This document shows, in pieces, positions 58,646-64,000 of a stretch of DNA of 64,000 nucleotides (position 1 is the first letter of the stretch; each line of letters starts with the position of its first letter). This stretch comes from Patescibacteria group bacterium. GTDB taxonomy: Bacteria; Patescibacteriota; WWE3; UBA101185; UBA10185. The DNA is taken from contig JAHJEV010000004.1 in NCBI GenBank assembly GCA_018825365.1, positions 27,527 through 91,526 on the forward strand, written 5' to 3'. Both the position numbers and the translations under genes were made by a program. The notes under the pieces are model-generated. The model searched no databases and had not been told where the DNA came from. It saw only the letters and a list, made by a program, of their open reading frames with translations.

Positions 58646-60638
58646 CAAGAAAAATTTAATAGACACCCACCCTGTAGGCAGGATCTTTAATATTGGCAAG
58701 GAAAAGGCCGTCTGGAAAAGAGTAACCGAGCTAAAACCCGGGGTAAAAATTGCTGTCGAAAAAGATGGAAACCTCGCTTGGGATGAAATTGTTGAAATAA
58801 AATCCGTCGGCCTCGAAAGAGTCTGGGACATTGAAGTTGAAGGCACGCATAACTTTGTCGGCAACGGTATCATCGCCCACAATACTTTTCTCAACGATCT
58901 TGTTGGGATAGGAACTACAAATCCAGCAGATACAACCTTAAACTTATCAAGTACAAGCCCGTCTAGTATAAATATGCTGGATGTTGACGGAGTAATAAGA
59001 ATCAACCAATCAGTAGTCACCGACACAGTTTCAAACACCTTATACAACAACTCGGATGTATTAATGTGGAATGATAAACAAATATCAGCCGGACCTAACC
59101 TGTACTCGATAAACGGATCCGTTTCCAACGATGAGTATTTATCGCTACAACACAAACAGGGTACAACTGACATACTGGTCACAGCATGGGTAAACGACGG
59201 AACAAAATGGGTAAAGATTGCAAATCTAGGAGACCCGTCAGATACAACCGGGGATTACTACTTCACTACACCGGACAGCGATACGGTCCGTTTACACAAT
59301 AAATCCGGAAACTCACAGTCATTAAAACTAGACATATTCGTATCCGGAGCTAATGTTGCAGAGTGGTACACACTCGATAACACATTTGCTGACACTAGCA
59401 CAGCTTCAGATGTTTCAGATATCTCAGACACTTCGGATACTTCAGATGTTATAACTACCGGTACATCCCCAAGCACTGAAATTACCCTACCAGGTTCATC
59501 ACCTGATACCTCAATCACCGAGTCTACGTCCGTACCTAATACTGAAATTACTAAAATTGAATCCGGTGATGTTGTTGCACTATCTACAAATATTGACGAT
59601 TACGGAATGCCGATGATTAGAAAAACAAGCACCTATTACGACTCGAGTTTATTTGGAGTAGTTACTACAAGTGCCAGCCACGAAATGGGAATACAAAGAG
59701 ATGGAAGAAAACTTGTTGCCCTGTCAGGTAGAGTCCCTGTAAAGATAGATCCCGCTTCTTCAGATATTAAACCCGGAGACTTCATTACAGCATCATCTCT
59801 TGAGGGACATGCAACCAAAGCTGAAATGCCGGGAAGAGTCATTGGTACAGCGCTGCAGTCGTGGAATAAAAATTCCGGTGACAAAAAGGTACTGGTTTTA
59901 GTCAATCCAACATACAACTCACCTACCGCCCAAGCACTCACATCAGCTTTATCATCTGACAGCTCTACATCTGGAGATATTTCAAATGAAATGCTAACTC
60001 TAAGAGATCAGATAGTTGCCCTATCTAACAATCTTAAGGACACACTATCTTCCCTTGGGATGACATTAACTAAGGATGAGGTTTCAGAAAAAGACACGCT
60101 GGCTATTAACTCAGACATGCACATACTTGGGGATGTGACACTTACTAACCTGACCGTAACTGGCGATATTCAGGCAGGAATGGTCACAATTGACACACTT
60201 TCTAACTCAGTAGACGTGCTTGGATCTTCCTGCTATAACTCAGAAACTAATACAATCAATGACACATTATGTAATGATCAGGCTTTACATCTTCAAAAAT
60301 CTGGCTCCGGTATGATTGACATGTTCGACGGAAAGATAGTTGCCAAACCAAACGGAACATTGGTTATAGAAAACTCCATAGAAACCAAGAAACTTGTCAT
60401 CAACACATCTGATGTAGAATCCGCAGCTGCAGGAAAAACAACCATCAAAGCCGGTGACACCAGTATCACAATAGATACGAGCGCTGTAAATGACAAATCC
60501 ATAATCATGATAACTCCGGAAAGACCGGCTACTGTCGGAAGCAAATACAAGCAGGAAGGAAAGTTTGAAATAGTCTTGAAGGAGGCTCAGGCGGAGGATC
60601 TTGATATAAGCTGGATAATTGTGGATAGAAAAGATTAA
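58629..60638 (+). CDS. intein C-half plus C-terminal part of the giant fibre protein (peptidase G2-like domain)
   Basis: WKRVTELKPG...HNFVGNGIIAHN-T, then VGIGTTNP, GANVAEWY, GRVPVKI..IKPGDFITAS. Confidence 0.88.
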   Translation: MPNKNNKKNLIDTHPVGRIFNIGKEKAVWKRVTELKPGVKIAVEKDGNLAWDEIVEIKSVGLERVWDIEVEGTHNFVGNGIIAHNTFLNDLVGIGTTNPADTTLNLSSTSPSSINMLDVDGVIRINQSVVTDTVSNTLYNNSDVLMWNDKQISAGPNLYSINGSVSNDEYLSLQHKQGTTDILVTAWVNDGTKWVKIANLGDPSDTTGDYYFTTPDSDTVRLHNKSGNSQSLKLDIFVSGANVAEWYTLDNTFADTSTASDVSDISDTSDTSDVITTGTSPSTEITLPGSSPDTSITESTSVPNTEITKIESGDVVALSTNIDDYGMPMIRKTSTYYDSSLFGVVTTSASHEMGIQRDGRKLVALSGRVPVKIDPASSDIKPGDFITASSLEGHATKAEMPGRVIGTALQSWNKNSGDKKVLVLVNPTYNSPTAQALTSALSSDSSTSGDISNEMLTLRDQIVALSNNLKDTLSSLGMTLTKDEVSEKDTLAINSDMHILGDVTLTNLTVTGDIQAGMVTIDTLSNSVDVLGSSCYNSETNTINDTLCNDQALHLQKSGSGMIDMFDGKIVAKPNGTLVIENSIETKKLVINTSDVESAAAGKTTIKAGDTSITIDTSAVNDKSIIMITPERPATVGSKYKQEGKFEIVLKEAQAEDLDISWIIVDRKD

Positions 60639-60736
60639 ACTACTCAAAAAGCCACTGAATAGAAAACTTGGTTTTTGGTCTACTTTACTACTCATCACTT
60701 ATATTTAAGGTTGAGATAGTAAAATCTCCCGCAGAC

Positions 60737-61930
60737 TTACGTTGGATTATTTTCCGAGAGTATGCCAAATCTTCCCAAAATTAGCGGTAATTTTTCCATG
60801 TTGATAACTTCAACCGGAAGATGATATAGGGAAGTGAAAGCCTTAGATTTAGACGAACTCTTTGACCATTTTATCTCAAAAGCTTGTATTTCCCCTTTTG
60901 AATTTTTTACCACCAAGTCAACCTCGCTATTGTTTCTCGAACGCCAATAATAAAGCACACTTTGTTTGCCTAACAAAAGATTCCTCTTAGCAAATTCCGC
61001 AATAACCCAGTTTTCCCAAAGTTTACCGATATCTCCTCTATTGTTATTTTCCTGCATCTCACCAATCAGGGCATTCCTTACTCCTGTATCCCAAAAATAG
61101 ATTTTATTGCTTTTGGAAATTTCCTTTCGGGGATTGGTACTATACGCAGGTAGTTGAAAAATAACAAAAGTTTCTTCCAACAGATCTAGATATTTTACGA
61201 CTGTTTGTCTGGAAATACCCAAACTTCCAGCAATTTCATTAATCGAAACAACTGACCCAACTTGATAAGCTAAAAGAAGCAGAAGCTTTCTTAAGGTCCC
61301 CGGGCTTTTTACTAAACCAACTTGCAGGATATCTTTTAGAAGATAGTCAGAAATTAAATTATTAAGATACTCCCGTTTATCTAAAGTTTTAACTGCCTCA
61401 GGATAACTACCATAAATAAGACTGGTAAATAAAATTGAATCTGTTTGATCCCGAAAATTCCCTTTATCCAATCTCAATTCCGGCTGGTACCAGCTTTGGG
61501 AGGAAATTATCTCCGAAAAAGTTAATGGCGGCAAAAATAATTTAATATTTCTGCCGGTCAAAGTTTCTGCAGATTGATCAAGTAAATTCAAGCTAGACGA
61601 TCCTGACAGAATTATTTTGGTTGTAACCCCGAAATCGTACCATCCTTTCACTACTCTACTAATTTCGGGTACCCTCTGCGCCTCATCTACAATTAGAATT
61701 TCGGGGGAACCCAAAAGAGATAGGGAGGATTTCGGATCCAAGGGCACGGACGACAACAGCCTTTGTCTGTCAACCTCAATATCTAAATTAAGATAAGTAG
61801 TTCTTTCCAGCTTGAAGGCATTTTTCAAAAGCGTGGTTTTTCCAACCTGCCTAGCACCCAACAGCAACAGAACTTTTCCCGAGTCAAACCACTTCTTTAA
61901 ATTATCTTCTGCTAAGCGACTTATGTACAT
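60737..61930 (-). CDS. AAA family ATPase (AAA_14 plus DUF4143)
   Basis: GARQVGKT, IVDEAQ, SGSSS, LTGR, KIYFWDTG, WENWV, EVDLV..EIKW. Confidence 0.92.
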   Translation of the reverse strand: MYISRLAEDNLKKWFDSGKVLLLLGARQVGKTTLLKNAFKLERTTYLNLDIEVDRQRLLSSVPLDPKSSLSLLGSPEILIVDEAQRVPEISRVVKGWYDFGVTTKIILSGSSSLNLLDQSAETLTGRNIKLFLPPLTFSEIISSQSWYQPELRLDKGNFRDQTDSILFTSLIYGSYPEAVKTLDKREYLNNLISDYLLKDILQVGLVKSPGTLRKLLLLLAYQVGSVVSINEIAGSLGISRQTVVKYLDLLEETFVIFQLPAYSTNPRKEISKSNKIYFWDTGVRNALIGEMQENNNRGDIGKLWENWVIAEFAKRNLLLGKQSVLYYWRSRNNSEVDLVVKNSKGEIQAFEIKWSKSSSKSKAFTSLYHLPVEVINMEKLPLILGRFGILSENNPT

Positions 61931-62209
61931 ATTTTGATAACTGCAGTTTACAATATATGTATCTATTTTGTCAAGTGTATGTAATCATAATCAGGATCTA
62001 TAAATGACACGTCCATAATCATGATAACTCCGGAAAGACCGGCTACTGTCGGAAGCAAATACAAGCAGGAAGGAAAGTTTGAAATAATCTTAAAAGAGGC
62101 TCAAACGGAGGATCTTGATATAAGCTGGATAATTGTGGATAGAAAAGATTAGAAAACTTAAGAGAAAATATATTAAAAGCCAAACCAGCGTTCCCCCGAT
62201 TAGTCTAAC

Positions 62210-63472
62210 TTAGAACTGCAGGTTATTCCCACTCACCAAACTATAAAATGGAAGAAAGTAAACACGAGTGCCACCTATTGTGGTTTCTTTGCTTTCACCA
62301 AGGTGAATAATATAACCCGCTTTTGGCTTATATTTCGCCAGAAAATTTCTAAACGAACGCGGAATTTCTATTTTTGAAATCTTCGCGTACTTAGCCTCCA
62401 TTGGTAACACATCCAGCCCTTTTTCTAAAACAAAATCCACTTCAGCCTGATCCCGTGTTCGCCAGAAGTGTATCTGAGTTGGTGAAAGCCCTAAACGCTC
62501 TCTCAGTAAATTAAAAACAACGTTTTCAAACAAGTGTCCGCCCAAATGGGCGGGAATCTCAGATAAGCCAAAAAGGCCCAGGAGCCAGTTTCGAAGCCCT
62601 GTATCATAAAAATAATAGGTGGGAGTCTTAGTAATTTCTTTTCGGGTGTTACGATAATATGGGGTAACTTTCTTGATGATGAAAGTCTGCTCTAAGTAGT
62701 ATAGGTAATGCTTAATGGTTCTTTCGTTAAGATCAACGGTTGAGGAAAGTTCAGCTATATTGACAAGACTTCCGATTTGGGAAGCAACTATTTTAAGAAG
62801 CTTGGTAAATGCATCTGTTTTCTCCAAGTTCAAAAGATCACGAATGTCTCGTTCGACATAGCTTCTGTAAATCTCCTGCATTTCTTCTTGTTTTGAAGTA
62901 ACTGAATCAGCAAGAACTACCCGCGGGTATCCTCCAAAAACCATGTATTCGGAAAAAAGACGCTCCGTCTTACCCTTTTCCAGCTCAAAAAAGTCTTGTA
63001 ATTTACCCTCATATAAATAATCGGTTCTAAAATTGACAAACTCCTCAAAGCTTATGGGCTCAATGCTAAACAGCCGCTTTCTGCCGGCCATCGACTCCAG
63101 AATCTTTGCTTTAAGCTCTAAACTGCCAGAGCCAGAAATAATGAACTTAAGAGGTAAGTTCATATCAAAAATACCTTTTAAAAAAAGCCCGACATTTTCC
63201 TTGCGTTGTATTTCATCAATGAAAACAAACGCCTTTTCTTTCCCTACTGCAAGCTCAATATGAGATAGCAATGTCGCCTGAGAGGTGAACTTAACCTTGT
63301 CCTCATCGTTATCCAAGCTCAACCAAACTGTTTTTTTGCCTTCTTCTTCTAGCTTCTTCTTCAAAATACGCATGAGGTATGTCTTACCAACCTGCCTCGG
63401 ACCAATAAGAATAGTCATTTGATCTGACCCCAGATGTTCTTCCAACCTAGTAAGTATTTTCCTCTTTATCAT
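62210..63472 (-). CDS. AAA family ATPase (AAA_14 plus DUF4143)
   Basis: GPRQVGKT, FIDEIQ, SGSGS, MAGR, GGYP, YFYDTG, FENVV, EVDFV..EAK. Confidence 0.92.
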   Translation of the reverse strand: MIKRKILTRLEEHLGSDQMTILIGPRQVGKTYLMRILKKKLEEEGKKTVWLSLDNDEDKVKFTSQATLLSHIELAVGKEKAFVFIDEIQRKENVGLFLKGIFDMNLPLKFIISGSGSLELKAKILESMAGRKRLFSIEPISFEEFVNFRTDYLYEGKLQDFFELEKGKTERLFSEYMVFGGYPRVVLADSVTSKQEEMQEIYRSYVERDIRDLLNLEKTDAFTKLLKIVASQIGSLVNIAELSSTVDLNERTIKHYLYYLEQTFIIKKVTPYYRNTRKEITKTPTYYFYDTGLRNWLLGLFGLSEIPAHLGGHLFENVVFNLLRERLGLSPTQIHFWRTRDQAEVDFVLEKGLDVLPMEAKYAKISKIEIPRSFRNFLAKYKPKAGYIIHLGESKETTIGGTRVYFLPFYSLVSGNNLQF

Positions 63473-64000
63473 ATATTACTATTTTAGTACCTTATTTATG
63501 GTAGTCAAGTACTAGAAAGGTCGCCCACTTTGGGATCTGGCAAAGTCTTTCCTGAGAATCTTGGCATAAACTGAGTAATTGCGGATAGAAAAGATTAAGA
63601 AACTCAAAGTGCTGTTTATTCCCCTGCCTCATAGACACACTCCCCCAAATTGTCAGGTTATAGGGATTAACAGTCCCTGTAATTGGAACATTACGGGGAC
63701 TTTAAATAACATTGGAAGTCGTAAATATTCCGACCTGCGATTATGTTTTTGCATTATGAAAGACAGTCTATTACCTAGAAACGGTTATATAAAAAAACTA
63801 GAATCATATCCTCAACCAAATAATCGTTTCATCTATCGACTCATTATGATGCGGTAATGCATATTGGTTAAAATCCTAAAGCGAGGAAACGATCTTCTTA
63901 AATAACTTCATCTTTTGTGTATCCTCCGGAGAAAATAAAAAGGGCTCCAATTTATGATAAAAACTTTCCGGAACTCCCTCAACTTTTAATTTCTCGGAAG

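Larger units (their letters stand above)
55744..58883 (+). mobile_element. split intein with three intervening cargo genes
   Basis: IntN from Cys1 (55744) to the stop at 56076; IntC in ORF 58629 ends VWDIEVEGTHNFVGNGIIAHN|T (Asn at 58881-58883). Confidence 0.85.
60487..63598 (+). repeat. repeated 3' end of the fibre gene: about 152-bp copies at 60487-60638 and 62001-62152, degenerate 45-bp copy at 63554-63598
   Basis: TCCATAATCATGATAACTCCGGAAAGACC...GGATAGAAAAGATTA aligned directly by eye. Confidence 0.92.

Noticed and set aside
44182-60638. Prophage tail locus
   Set aside because: Tail-fibre-like domains are present, but there is no terminase, portal, capsid or integrase, and the protein has a TM anchor.
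58229-62152. Diversity-generating retroelement (Avd-like gene plus duplicated 3' end as TR/VR)
   Set aside because: No reverse transcriptase is in the window and no C-type-lectin-like variable region was recognised. The few mismatches are mostly synonymous or conservative. Several are A/G differences, so a remote DGR cannot be fully excluded.
63579-64000. 92-aa ORF and minus-strand fragments at the window end
   Set aside because: The ORF starts inside the degenerate repeat and has no motif; the minus-strand frames are interrupted and cut by the window edge, so no call is possible.

Overview
AT-rich bacterial chromosome segment, most likely from a Patescibacteria/CPR lineage (WWE3/Microgenomates-like). 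This is inferred from the short EF-Ts, a GlmL-like protein, sparse Shine-Dalgarno sites and a giant GNVGIGTT-repeat protein. From 1 to 37 kb it is mostly housekeeping: rpsR-ssb-rpsF, ychF, tgt, cysS, recR, dnaX, pth, ybeY, rpsU, rseP, frr, tsf, rpsB, topA, def-fmt, rpmB, two tRNA-Thr, mscL, a probable 6S RNA and secE-nusG-rplK-rplA. An accessory block at 3.5-12.3 kb holds a Fic protein, two toxin-antitoxin pairs, a Cfr-like rRNA methyltransferase behind a leader peptide, and an attenuated orphan/PIG-L/GT4 operon. The most interesting region is 36.7-64 kb. (1) An atypical F1-like ATPase operon has no subunit a, and its c-like hairpin has no ion-binding carboxylate and is fused to an extracellular domain. 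(2) Transcribed divergently is a 3964-aa MerR-HTH/TM/beta-fibre protein that contains a related domain and ends in the N-half of an intein. (3) The intein C-half and the rest of the fibre protein are in a separate ORF 2.5 kb downstream, with three cargo genes (NYN, Zn-ribbon/PD-(D/E)XK nuclease, four-helix bundle) between the halves. (4) Repeated copies of the fibre gene's 3' end flank AAA-ATPase cassettes. All calls come from reading motifs by eye; no database searches or folding programs were run.
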